Source of the DNA: Octopus sinensis
Lineage: Eukaryota
NCBI RefSeq assembly: GCF_006345805.1
Contig: NC_043010.1
Location: 54,746,001-54,810,000, forward strand
DNA: 64,000 bases
Direction: 5' to 3'
Shown piece by piece: positions 1-12,580 of this stretch. Each line of letters starts with the position of its first letter. Position 1 is the first letter of the stretch. The translations under genes and the position numbers were made by a program. A model generated the notes under the pieces. The model was not told the origin of the DNA and made no database searches. It saw only the letters and a list, made by a program, of their open reading frames with translations.

Positions 1-92
1 ACCATGATGCAATTCAGTTTGGCAAAAATTTGAAAAGGACATGCTGTACTGCTTGGCATTCGCGCCGGAAGCCCTAATACGAACATTTCAGC

Positions 93-672
93 ATGTTTGT
101 TGTGATCACTAGTGATGGCGACGTTATGTCTCCATTCATCCTCCCACACAGTCCCACACTCCACACGGGGATATACATCAAGTTCCTGGAGGAGGTAGTG
201 CTGACCTAGGTCAAGAGGGTGTCTGCTGGAAGACCCTAAATCTTGCAATAGACATCTGCACCATGACACACAAGTAAGTGAAGTAAGTAATGGCTGTGTT
301 GTGTGGACGCCTCCAAATGATGAAGTAGGCTAGCCCAATACGTAGATATAAAGGGAGAAGTCTAGCCGTCGGGAGTTGAGTAGAGGTCATCGGAATGTGC
401 GATATAACAGGCTGTCAGACAAATTCTGCGACCACATCACTCCTAGCATTTGGCCACCTATCTCCCCATCCTGCAACCTCATTGATTATTATGTGTGGAG
501 CGCATTTGACCGAGGGACCAAGAAAAATTGTTGTATCACGAAAGATGAGCTGAAGATAAGGATTATGGCAGCATTCAGCAACTTAATCAAGGAGACCGTC
601 CAGAAGATTTGCAGGAGATTCCGAAGTTGTCGGGAGGCTCCGGTTGAAAGCAATGGCGATTATATAGAATAA
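93..672 (+). pseudogene. Tc1/mariner-superfamily transposase C-terminal relic (DD37D/maT-like), with stops and an internal insertion
   Basis: 93-274 reads MFVVITSDGDVMSPFILPH...YIKFLEEVVLT*VKRVSAGRP*ILQ*TSAP*HT; 411-672 reads LSDKFCDHITPSIWPPISPSCNLIDYYVW...NGDYIE* (WPPxSPDxNPxD-type motif). Confidence 0.85.
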
Positions 673-825
673 ATATACACTTTAGTATTTCAAGATATTT
701 TTGTGTAATGTTGGTCATATATCCGTTAAAATGAGATGTCAGTGTTATTTTCTTTTTTGCGTCGAGATTTTATTCACTGCGGCCTCTGGCCAGACTCACT
801 CTATCTCTCTCATTCTCTCTCTTTC

Positions 826-857
<32 letters not shown>

Positions 858-893
858 CCTCTCTCTATCTCTCTCTCACACGCGCACACACAC

Positions 894-1431
894 TAGGGTG
901 AGTCAAAAAGTAATACCATTTTGTTTCGGTCAGGTATAATTACCAACACAGAAACATGTATCGTACATGAAAATGAAGCTGGTTCTCTGTTGATCACATC
1001 CCTACTTCTCAACATAGTCAACTTTTCTCTCAATAGCAATGTTCAACCTTCGAATGAGAGCATGTATCCCTGCGTCGTAAAATCCTGTTGACTGTTCTTT
1101 GAGCCACTTCTTCATTACAGTTTTCACTTACTCGTCAGACTTCGGCCTCATGAAAGATGCTTTGAGAGGCAAACATTATTCCAGTGACGACGATGTGAAT
1201 ATCTAATGAAGAAGTGACTCAAAGAACAGTTAACAGAATTTTTACGGGGTAGGGATACATGCTGTCATTCGAAGGTGGAACATTGCTATTGAGAGAAGCG
1301 GTGACTATGTTGAGTAGTAGGGATGTGACCCACAGAGGGTCAGCTTCGTTGTGATGTATGATAAATGTTCCTTGGCTGGTAGTTATACCTGTGCTAAACA
1401 AAATGGCAATACTTTCGGACTCATCCTCGTA
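894..1431. mobile_element. Fold-back mariner derivative with ~245-bp inverted arms made from the transposase 3' end
   Basis: 894-1137 is the degenerate reverse complement of 1185-1431; right arm reads KDALRGKHYSSDDDV...EQLTEF...GIHAVIRRWNIAIERSGDYVE*; right end ...TCATCCTCG-TA. Confidence 0.8.
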
Positions 1432-1687
1432 TTTACTTAAACTCACATTCAAGATGCAATAAATCAAAGTGGGGTTCGGTCATTGTCCCTTTCATTGTAC
1501 ACACACTGCATTATACATACACTAAAATGCCGAACATGAGGTCTAAGAACACGCAGGCTATATCACATGTATCATGAAGGGTTTTAGAGAACATTATGTA
1601 GGCACATATTCCTTGAAACATATTTACGTATATAAGACACATGCATATGTGGATTATTTCCAATATGTGTATATATTAACATATATA

Positions 1688-1728
<41 letters not shown>

Positions 1729-2414
1729 ATTTTCGCATGTGTGTCTGACTATCTGTCTCTGTATCTGTATGCATGTGTGAACAAGTGAGAGAAGAGTGGT
1801 TTATAAAGAAACAGAAACGCAGATACCAACAAACAAACTGATAATATACATGTACTTGTTCGAAGGAATATATATTTTTTTTGTGCCATCGTCCATGTAA
1901 TTATATGCATAAACAATTTTAGGCAATTACACAGTGAATAAAATCCGTTATTATTGTAGCATTGTTCAACCAATTTGTAGGTATGAATTAGTGTAAACAT
2001 TAATATATATGCAAGATTTTAACCGACAAGTGATTATAGTGCAGAGTACATTAGATTGTATGTTCACACCCACGTTACCTTTCTATTCTTCCTAGAGATA
2101 AATAAACAACCATTCTCTAAGTCTCACTGACGATTGTATAGCACACACACACAAACACACCCACACCCCGCCACACAGACACAAAACACAAACACACCCA
2201 CACCCCGCCACACAAACACAAAACACAAACACACACTCAAATTTATGTTAAGAGACAAACAGATAGCACGATAGGGTGTTAGAAAATATCTATCTATCGC
2301 TGTTTTTCTGTCTGCTTCTCTCTCTCTCTCACTCATTCTCCCTCTCTGTCTGTCTCTCCCTCTCTCTCTCTCCCTCATATGTATGTATGTATGTGTGTGT
2401 GTGTGTGGTGTGTG

Positions 2415-3130
<716 letters not shown>

Positions 3131-4080
3131 AGACAGATGGATAGATAAACAGACTGACAAACAGGTACATACATATATTCATATATAGCTCTGTATACGA
3201 TACATATATATCATATATAGAAACGCGCACCGACATGTATATAAGCACATATACACACATTTCAAAGTGCTTTGAGTACAAGTCAGGTATTCAAGATGCA
3301 CGTGCGTCTATAAAGAGTGCATGTATATAAACAAATTTCTTTAACGTATATAAATTGCACCAATATATCTTTCTCGAATAAATACTACGGAAAGCGATGC
3401 AGATTGGACACTGTTTCGTACATTTAATTATTATTATTAATTTTCTGTTTTCATATAGTTTTATATTTCAATGTAAGTGATATTTAGTTTTCACAGTAAT
3501 CATACAAACACAGGGACATACATATGCATGGACTGTGCACGCACACACGGAAATAATAATCAACGTAAATCGAATCGATTTATTATGAATGATTGCAGCG
3601 ATTGCCAGAAAGTAATATATAATAATAATATATATATATAAGTTAAACTTATAACAAAGATAATTAAACAAATATTTTATTTATTGCGTATGTTTATTTC
3701 TCGACAACAATAGAACATCTATGTACTTATAGATATATACTTGTGTACATAAATATAAATGATATATACATATATACGCGTGCATACACGCACATACACA
3801 AATAACTAAATATGTATATACATATATGTTTATATTCGTATATATTCATATATACGTTTGTGTATCAGTTTGTGAAGATGTAGATAATTATATATACATG
3901 TTTCTTTTCTGGTTTATTCCGCAATAAATCGGAAATCTTAAATGGTAGCGGCAGTGATAGTCAGATTGTTTTTATTGATTGTTTACAAATGGGAAATTAT
4001 AAGAACTCACATGATAGCCTTTTTTCCCATGAGAACTATAGTGAATAGAAAACGCATTTATATATACATACATACATATA

Positions 4081-4188
<108 letters not shown>

Positions 4189-4418
4189 CGCACATAATTT
4201 AGAGGACTGATCACTAAAAGTGGACAGCCTATATGCTGTCGTCAAATCGCCATTTACTACGACGAATATGTTCTCAAGAAAAATCTCAGCAAAAAAACAA
4301 AGTGTAAAAATAAGTAAGATACAGGAAAATATACGAAATAAAAAACGATTACCTATGACGTCTATGTTCAGCATAGAGGCTTTCCACTTTTATTGGTCAG
4401 TCCTCTAAATTTTGTATG
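4189..4418. mobile_element. MITE, ~230 bp, ~50-bp TIRs, TA flanks (Tc1/mariner type)
   Basis: Left CGCACATAATTTAGAGGACTGATCACTAAAAGTGGACAGCCTATATGCTG versus right CAGCATAGAGGCTTTCCACTTTTATTGGTCAGTCCTCTAAATTTTGTATG; TA at 4187-88 and 4419-20. Confidence 0.8.
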
Positions 4419-4495
4419 TAAAAAGATTTTTAATCTTCGGATTTTTTAAAATATGCTACGCCACTGGTTTTAATTAATATCAATTTTTATCCTTA

Positions 4496-4574
<79 letters not shown>

Positions 4575-4775
4575 CCATGTTGATACGCTAGCTTCTGCAC
4601 GCATTTTTTCTCTCCTGTTTCTTTTCTGTGTTTCTTTTCTGTGTATCTTTCTGTTGAAGAGCGTAGTCTCGAAACGTAAAAGACTTGTTTTATTTATATT
4701 TCTGAGGGCCATACTAATACAATAGATTGTTTACATCCACCTGCCTTCGTTTTGTTTATTTCATAAAGCTTCCCG

Positions 4776-4777
<2 letters not shown>
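4575..4777 (+). mobile_element. Penelope-like terminal fragment between (TA)n tracts; related copy at 46535-46725 (minus)
   Basis: Contains a hammerhead-like motif at 4646-4683; homologous inverted copy at 46.5-46.7 kb; both abut (TA)n. Penelope assignment is inferred from the hammerhead. Confidence 0.55.
4646..4683 (+). ncRNA. Minimal type I hammerhead-like motif with variant core CUGUUGA
   Basis: TCTTT-CTGTTGA-A-GAGC GTAG TCTC-GAAAC GT A-AAAGA: stem I TCTTT/AAAGA, palindromic ACGT stem III, GUA triplet. Confidence 0.55.
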
Positions 4778-4847
<70 letters not shown>

Positions 4848-4893
4848 ATATACATACATACTATATTTAAATGCAGCAGAAATGAAACAAAAG

Positions 4894-4931
4894 CTGTTAC
4901 TCAAAGTTTCACGTTCCCGTTCGGCGGATAG
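4894..4931 (-). ncRNA. Degenerate minimal hammerhead-like motif (same family as 16082-16119)
   Basis: Minus: CTAT-CCGCCGA-ACG GGAA CGT-GAAAC TTTGA GT A-ACAG. Confidence 0.4.
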
Positions 4932-5215
4932 TTTTGTTAAATTATACAGGGATGTTATTAAAATACCATCAATAGTGGCAAGCGAATTATCAGCCGTACA
5001 GACAAATTAATAAAATATATGCATGCAATATTGGATATGTACATATATACACAAAGGCACTACATGAGCATCTACATCGCTAAGAATAGTATTCGACAAT
5101 TACTTCTGTGCCACCGAATAGTCATAAATGTACAACAGACACAATAAGAAAATATTTCAGCGAACAATAATAATGTCTTACTTCTGCTAGATCAGAACAA
5201 GTAATGTTGGTCAAG

Positions 5216-5271
5216 TTGGAACCGGTTTCGAAATTAGGTGCCAAATAGGCGCCTGATTTCTCATCAGCCAA
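5216..5271 (-). ncRNA. Minimal type I hammerhead ribozyme motif, canonical core
   Basis: Minus: TTGG-CTGATGA-GAAAT(caggcgcctatttggcaccta)ATTTC-GAAAC CG GT T-CCAA; G10.1-C11.1 pair, palindromic ACCGGT stem III, GUU triplet. Confidence 0.7.
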
Positions 5272-5293
5272 AAGTCTGCCAGCTATTATAACT

Positions 5294-5362
<69 letters not shown>

Positions 5363-5374
5363 TATATGTGTGGT

Positions 5375-5430
<56 letters not shown>

Positions 5431-5556
5431 TGTGTGCGCGCGTGCGTATGCGTTTTTTTGAGTCCGCGCACGAGTGTGCGTCTGTGTATATTTGCGCGCG
5501 CCTGTGTGTGACTTTTTCGTGCGCATGGCGCGAATGTGTGCATATGTATATACATA

Positions 5557-5610
<54 letters not shown>

Positions 5611-5711
5611 TAGATAAACAGATTTATGGAAGAACAAAAATAAATTAAATTCTGATACGTATATGCGTGTCTGATGGGTGTATTTGGGTTATACATACAT
5701 ACATACATATG

Positions 5712-5785
<74 letters not shown>

Positions 5786-5879
5786 GGTTTAGGCGGGTGG
5801 GTTTGTGTGTGTGTGTGCGTGTGAGTGTGCGTGTGTACGTGTTTACAGAGATACAGAGAGTGCAAGTGAGGGCGAAAGG

Positions 5880-5930
<51 letters not shown>

Positions 5931-6519
5931 AGAGGGAGAGCGAGAGAGAGAGAGAGAGACGGAGAGAGAGAGAAGACTAAGGGAAGAGAAAGAAACAGAG
6001 AGACTGTCAGAGAGAGTCAGATAGTCTTTGAGTAACAGAGTAGTGGCGAAAGGAAACGGTGAAGGATTAGTTATACACATACATATATACGTATATGCTT
6101 TGAGATTTAACGAATCCTATGTTTACAATGCACGCACATCGCTGCAGATTTAAAATGCTAAGTACTTAATTGGGAGGTGATATCTTTCTGTCATGAAATT
6201 ATTGATATCTCGTGTTAACGCTTCAGAACTTAGAGCTGCATACGTGCGATTCTTCCATGTCACTTGCACTTTGCCAAGTAATTCGTTGCTTGGTTTATAC
6301 ACTAAGTTTGTAATGTTTCGTGTTGAAACAGCAGGTGAATGTGTAATGTGTATGAATTAGTCGTGTCATCCTTTGTTTCGTTTAGTCTACCTCATTCCGT
6401 TTTGATGTTCGAAATTTATGCAGCTATTATTTTAAGCTTTATATCGAATTATTGTAGCTGCGTTCTATGTAATTTAATAGAAATCACAGTTATGGACGTC
6501 AACATTTTAGTTGAAATAA

Positions 6520-6870
6520 AAGCCGGATGTGACAATATAGTAATGAGGAACCTATGATAATACATCTTGTTAAACTAACTGTTCCACACGAATTCAGTAT
6601 TGTTGCAGCCCGTGTTAGGAAGGACGAGATTTATGAGTCTCTACTAGAAGACTGTAGATACGCTGGGTGGAAGATAGTACAGTTTCTTGTTGAAGGTGGA
6701 TGTAGAGGATGCTTGGGTCCAGGCTAAGACTGTGGTTTCTATCAAACAGTGTCCAGCATCGACAAGTAAATGCCATTCTTGAGGATCTGTATAGGGACAA
6801 TTTAGAGGGCATATCAGTGTAGGGATCTGTGCTCTGTTTAGCTGGAATTTGAAAGAGTAAAAAGGGATTC
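6520..6870 (+). pseudogene. Degenerate restriction-like endonuclease (RLE) domain of a HERO-type non-LTR element
   Basis: KPDV (6520), frameshift, then IHLVKLTVPHEFSIVAARVRKDEIYESLLEDCRYAGWKIVQFLVEGGCRGCLG from 6560; parallels 23700-24050. Confidence 0.75.
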
Positions 6871-6926
6871 ATCAATGAAATGATAATGAAATTATTGCAT
6901 TAAAATTTAACATATTTGTCAATATA

Positions 6927-7370
6927 AGGGTTGTGACCTAGCAGAATCGTTAGCACGCAGGAGAAATTACTTAGCGGCATTTAGTCCCTTATTTCTGAGT
7001 TTAAATTCCATCGAGGTCGACTTTGCCTTACGTCATTTCGGGGGCGAAATGCCTAGCAGTATTTCGTCTGTGTTTACGTTCTGAGTTCAAATTCCGCCGA
7101 GGTCGACTGTGCTTTTCATCCTTTCGGTGTCGATAAATTAAGTACCAGTTACGTACTGGGGTCGATGTAATCGACTTAATACCTTTGTCTGTCCTTGTTT
7201 GTCCTCTCTATGTTTAGCCCCTTGTAGGCAATAAAGAAATAAGAATAAATCGCACGCCGGGGGAAAGGCTTAGCAGCATTTCATCTCTCAACGGTCTGAG
7301 TTAAAATTCTGCCGAAATTGACGTTGCCTTCTTTTCTATGTCGGCTGAGCACTTGGATCGATGTAAAAGT
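6927..7370 (+). mobile_element. SINE-C cluster (three partial or nested copies)
   Basis: Repeated TTCTGAGTTCAAATTCCGCCGAGGTCGACT...TTTCATCCTTTCGG.GTCGATAAATTAAGTACCAG core; the youngest copy 7044-7240 ends AATAAAGAAATA. Confidence 0.85.
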
Positions 7371-8118
7371 AGTTTACAAAAAGATATACTCAAAAGCAAT
7401 GAGAGGAATATGAACTAAATCACAAACGACAATTACAAATCTATAAAACATTCATAAACTCCATTATTATAAAGTATTTAAATAAAAGAAAACAACTTGC
7501 TGACTCTGATATATTTGGGGGAAATGCATGGCATCACCTATCAGGGGTCACAGGTAATTCTATAAATTATAATAAATGACATTCTTCTTTAGTGTAACAT
7601 AGACTTTACTAAATTTGTTTGTACCACATGGAAATTCTGTGGATAAGGATACTACTCTTTCAACTGATGTAGAGATTGAAGAGATAAGACTGTTTTCTCA
7701 CATGTTATTAATGATAGGTATCATATTTGAGTTGTCTTAATTTTGTAGCGATGTATTATCATTTTCTTTTTTTATAAAAAAGAAAAAATTATCAGCAACA
7801 CGATCATTACTATCGACATTATTGTTCAAGCTATATTATAATCATCAGGATATTCATCATCCTTATCCTCTCCCCCACTACCACCACCACCACCACCACC
7901 ATCAACACCACCACCATCATCATCATCAACACGATATTGTTATCCGTATTTACGTTATGCTGTTTTACAATTATCATTAAAATACCTATTATTATTGTCA
8001 ATATTAGAGATACGAAATGTATTTGAACTTCTATATTGCAACGGAAGAAATAAATATATACAACTATCTATGCATTTATAGCCGCATATATAAACATATA
8101 TACATAAAATCCGTCCAA

Positions 8119-8233
<115 letters not shown>

Positions 8234-8739
8234 TCTGTATAGAGGCATACACAGTTATCTTAAATATATATATATATATATATATATGCATAATTATATA
8301 CACAGACACTCACTGGCGCAAATATATATTTCGTATATACATATATACGAATATGCGTGTGTCTGCTCGTGTGAATGTAAGTGTAAATACAAATACACTT
8401 GTCCCCTCCTTCAAACATTAAATCGATTAACTAAAATTAATGTAATCATACTTCAAAACGACGTCGACGAAACTCGAATGAAACCGTTTACATCGTATAT
8501 CATATTATTACAAGAATGTTATTAGATTAAAAATATATTTTTGGTTTTATAAAAAAAGAAGATTGCCAAAATATTCGGTTATTTTTACATTTGTTTATAA
8601 AGATTTTACAAGACGTTTTTTTTATTCTTTTCTGCCGCGTCTTCTTATCTATTTATTTCAAATTTCTTTTTGCAAGGTATCATATATTTTACCATATTGA
8701 ATAATCATTTATATATGAATGGTTAAGTATACACACACA

Positions 8740-8787
8740 CATTAGCAATCAAACATATATATGCATATATAGCAATGCGTATATACT

Positions 8788-8821
<34 letters not shown>

Positions 8822-9215
8822 ATATATATATGTATGTATGTGTATATATATATATATATATATTATATATGTATGTATGTATGTATATATATATATATGT
8901 TTGTATATATATATATATGTATATATATGTATATATATATATATATATACACTCATACATTTATGTACATATACATATGCATATATAACAATGCGTATAC
9001 TTATATATATATAATATATAGATATATATATATGTTTGTATATATATATGTATATATATATCTATATATATTATATATATATAATATATATATATAATAT
9101 ATAATATATATATATATATTATATATATATGTATATATATATATATATTATATATGTTTGTATATATATATGTATATATATATATATTATATATATATAT
9201 ATTATATATATATGT
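8740..9215. repeat. Degenerate (TA)n/(TATG)n tract
   Basis: Direct reading. Confidence 0.95.
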
Positions 9216-9802
9216 ATGTGTGTGTGTGTAACTACATTTGTATATGCACGTGTATGTACGCGGTTTCTTTACCGTGTGCGTCTGTTTCTGCTTTTGTGGT
9301 TGAGTGTTTGTATTTGACAGTAAAAAATATTGAAATTGCTAATAGTTTGTTTACAGAATGATTACTACTCTCAATGTCGATGGATTTCCCTATTTATCAT
9401 CTCTGTTATGTTTTCATCATATCTTTTGTATTTACGTCACTTAATTTTTTTTCTCATTCGTTTTTCTGATGTATTATTGAATTTTACTGGTATTAGAGAA
9501 GAAGAAAAAAAAACAAAGAAAAGAAATACTAAGGCTTTTGAAAAATACTTTCTAAACAGCTGAAAATAAAATGATAGTTTTAATTCAATAGTTCTGGATA
9601 TGAAACGCTACAGCGTCATCGCAGTTATGACGCTCATTGTAACTTCTTTCGTTCCACGTTCAAACCCAACTATGTTGAATTCAACCGAAGACAATAACAC
9701 AAAAATCCTGCATTACAATGCGGCAAAGAACATACTGATACACATGCTTGCATAAAATTATGAACACGAAGGCGTAATCACATAATACTCACAAATATAT
9801 AA

Positions 9803-10123
9803 GGAGCACTCCATCGGTTACGACGACGAGGGTTCCAGCTGATACGATCACCGGAACACATTGCTCGTGGAATTAATGAGCAAGTGGCTAAGCATTCCAC
9901 AGACTCGTGTACGCCTAGCGTAATTCTAAGAGAGATTCAGCGTGACACAGAGTGTGACAAAGTTGGTCCTTTGAAATAGAGGCACAAATCATTCTTTCCC
10001 AGCTGTGTGGACTGGGGCAACGTGAAATACAGTGTCTTGTTCAAGGACACAACGCGTCACCGGGAATTGAACTCATGACCTTACAATCGTGAGCCGAATG
10101 CCCTAACCATTAAGCCACGCACA
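9803..10123 (-). mobile_element. SINE-D: tRNA-like head, CORE-like body, same tail as SINE-A1
   Basis: Minus: GTGGCTTAATGGTTAGGGCATTCGG...GAGTTCAATTCCCGG...GTGTCCTTGAACAAGACAC...; tail ...GGAACCCTCGTCGTCGTAACCGATGGAGTGC shared with 10378-10765. Confidence 0.8.
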
Positions 10124-10377
10124 TTAACCAAATATATAAACAGGCTACAACGATTGTAGCTCAGAATATCGCTCATTTATTCTTTGAGAATCATTTTATG
10201 AAGGTTAAAAACGGTTCCAAGCAGAATTAGTAAATAAGCATGTTTCAATGGAGCTAATATTTATGATATCTTGGCACACAGATATTTTTCCTTTGCCAGA
10301 GTGAAAGAAATATATAACATAACCAGCAAAATATATGGATTGAGTTCATTTTATTTAATAATCATATCTATGTACAC

Positions 10378-10765
10378 GTGGAGGCGCAATGGCGCAGTGG
10401 TTAGGGCAGCGGACTCGCGGTCGTAGGATCGCGGTTTCGATTCCCAGACCGGGTGTTGTGAGTGTTTATTGAGCGAAAACACCTAAAAAGCCCCACGAGG
10501 CTCCGGCAGGGATGGTGGTGATCCCTGCTGTACTCTTTCACCACAACTTTCTCTCACTCTTATTTCCTGTTTCTGTTGTACATGTATTTCAAAGGGCCGG
10601 CCTTGTCACTCTCTGTGTCACGTTGAATATCCCCGAGAAGTACGTTAAGGGTACACGTGTCTGTGGAGTACTCAGCCACTTACACGTTAATTTCACGAGC
10701 AGGCTGTTCCGTTGATCGGATCAACCGGAACCCTCGTCGTCGTAACCGACGGAGTGCTTCCATCC
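10378..10765 (+). mobile_element. SINE-A1, full length, tRNA-derived head
   Basis: A box TGGCGCAGTGG, B box GGTTTCGATTCCC; 12-bp TSD ATCTATGTACAC (10366) / ATCTATTTACAC (10766); TCCA tail. Confidence 0.9.
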
Positions 10766-11080
10766 ATCTATTTACACACACACACACACACTCTCTCACA
10801 AATGCACAGACAACCTCGCGCACACTCAGGCTTACATGAACACAAACGCTATCAAACACACACGTAACTTTATTTTAGTGTGAGTATATATATACTAGCA
10901 GAGGCACCCGGGGTTGCCCAGCAATGAAATTGGTCGTTATATATTGGAAGAAAAGAGCAAAATATGCTTTATAGAAATTTGTCATTGTAAATAAAATTGA
11001 TTCTTCAACTTGGAAACCAATTCTGAATTCAAAATTAAAAAATTATTATAATAATAAAAAACGAAAATGTTATCATATGA

Positions 11081-11492
11081 GTAGGAGTGGCTCAGTCATA
11101 AGTAGCTTGCTTACCAACCACATGGTTCTGGGTTCTGTCCCACTGCGTGTAACCTTGAGCAGGTGTCTTCTACTATAGTATCTGGTCAACAAAAGCCTTC
11201 TGAGTGGATTTGGCAGACGGAAACTGAAAGACGCCCGCCGTATATATATGTGAATATATGTGTGTGTGTATGTGTTTGTGTGTCTGTGTTTGTCCTCCCA
11301 ATATCACTTGACAACCGATGCTGGTGTGTTTACGTCCACGTAACTTAGCGGTTCGGCAAAAGAGACCGATAGAATAAGTACTAGGCTTACAAAGAATAAG
11401 TCCTGGGGTCGATTAGCTCGACTAAAGGCGGTGCTCCAGCATGGCCACAGTCACATCACTGAAACAAATAAAAGAGTAAAAGAGTAGAAGAG
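11081..11492 (+). mobile_element. SINE-B (~410 bp, internal TA/TG microsatellite, AAAGAGT-type tail)
   Basis: GGAGTGGCT...GGTTCTGGGTTCTGTCCC...CCTTGAGCAGGTGTCTTCTACTATAG...GGCGGTGCTCCAGCATGGCC...GAAACAAATAAAAGAGTAAAAGAG; multiple copies in the window. Confidence 0.9.
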
Positions 11493-11810
11493 ACAATGAC
11501 ATATTATTTACTGAAAGCACAAAACTATTCGTCTTATGTTTATGATCATTTTTCTGGCATTCTGGGTCAAATATTAAACTTGGTTAAATACAGTCACTTT
11601 ACAACCATAATACCCACAAGAGTGCATTAAGCACGAATATTACACAGACATATTTCGTCCATTTCAATAATTATGGATAATACTATACTAAGTAGGTAAC
11701 CAGTGGTGTATTTCGTATATAATATCAACTGTGAATTATATATCAGCTTATGTCTGTCACAGAGGTTTATTTACAAACACATTTATAGTTTCTGTTTTCT
11801 AAATATATCC

Positions 11811-12137
11811 TGGCCCAGTGGTCAGGGCCCAGTTGTTATGGCCCAATGGCCCAGTAGTTTGGGCAGCGGACTCGCGCTTGTAGGTTCGCGGTTTCGATTC
11901 CCAGACCAGGCGTTGTGAGCGTTTATTAAACGAAAACACCTAAAGCTCCGCGAGGCTCCGGCAGAGGATGGTGGCGATCCCTGCTGTACTCTTTCACCAC
12001 AACTTTATCTCACTCTTTCTTCTGTTGGCCTGCTCGCTTAGCCAGCGGGGTGGCGTCTTTTGAAGGCTGAAACAATGCGAAGCGCATTGTGACCACCGAT
12101 GTGTAGGAACATCTGATAGCCTGGTCGGTCACGGTGA
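11811..12137 (+). mobile_element. SINE-A2 (A head and body, alternative tail), duplicated 5' start
   Basis: Same first ~185 bp as A1, then GCCTGCTCGCTTAGCCAGCGGGGTGGCG...CTGGTCGGTCACGGTGA. Confidence 0.85.
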
Positions 12138-12429
12138 AATATAACCTTATATCTTCTATAACTCTGAGAAGTTGTTAATGCATGATGGAGACTGATAGCT
12201 CTGAGATGCTATAGAAAAACTTTTATCAAACGTAATGTATAAAATGGTCTCAATCTGCAATTCATCCAAAAAAACTGCACCTCTCTAACAGAATTTGAAA
12301 AGGTATTGTTTTCATCAGCTAAATAACAGGCACCCTACAAGCATATATTTACTTGTGTACTTATTAAAATCTCGCCCACTCTGCGTGCCCTGATACTGGT
12401 TTTAAGTTTTGGCTCAAGGCTAGCAGTTT

Positions 12430-12580
12430 TTGAGTGAGGCGATAAATCGATTACATCGGAAACAGTATTCAACTACTGATTACTTTATCGATCCCGATTT
12501 GGTGATAGACAAAGTCGAATTCGGTGGCAGAAAATATTTTGCTAAACGTTCTAAGAATTCTGCCAGTTCGCAGCCTTCTG
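12430..12580 (-). mobile_element. Old degenerate SINE-C copy
   Basis: CGATTACATCG...TTTATCGATCCCG...AAAGTCGAATTCGGTGG...GCTAAACGTTCTAAGAATTCTGCCAGTTCGC resembles the reverse complement of SINE-C. Confidence 0.55.

Noticed and set aside
10378-10460. tRNA genes at SINE heads
   Set aside because: A and B boxes are present, but there is no complete cloverleaf or terminator, and each continues into a SINE body with a TSD.
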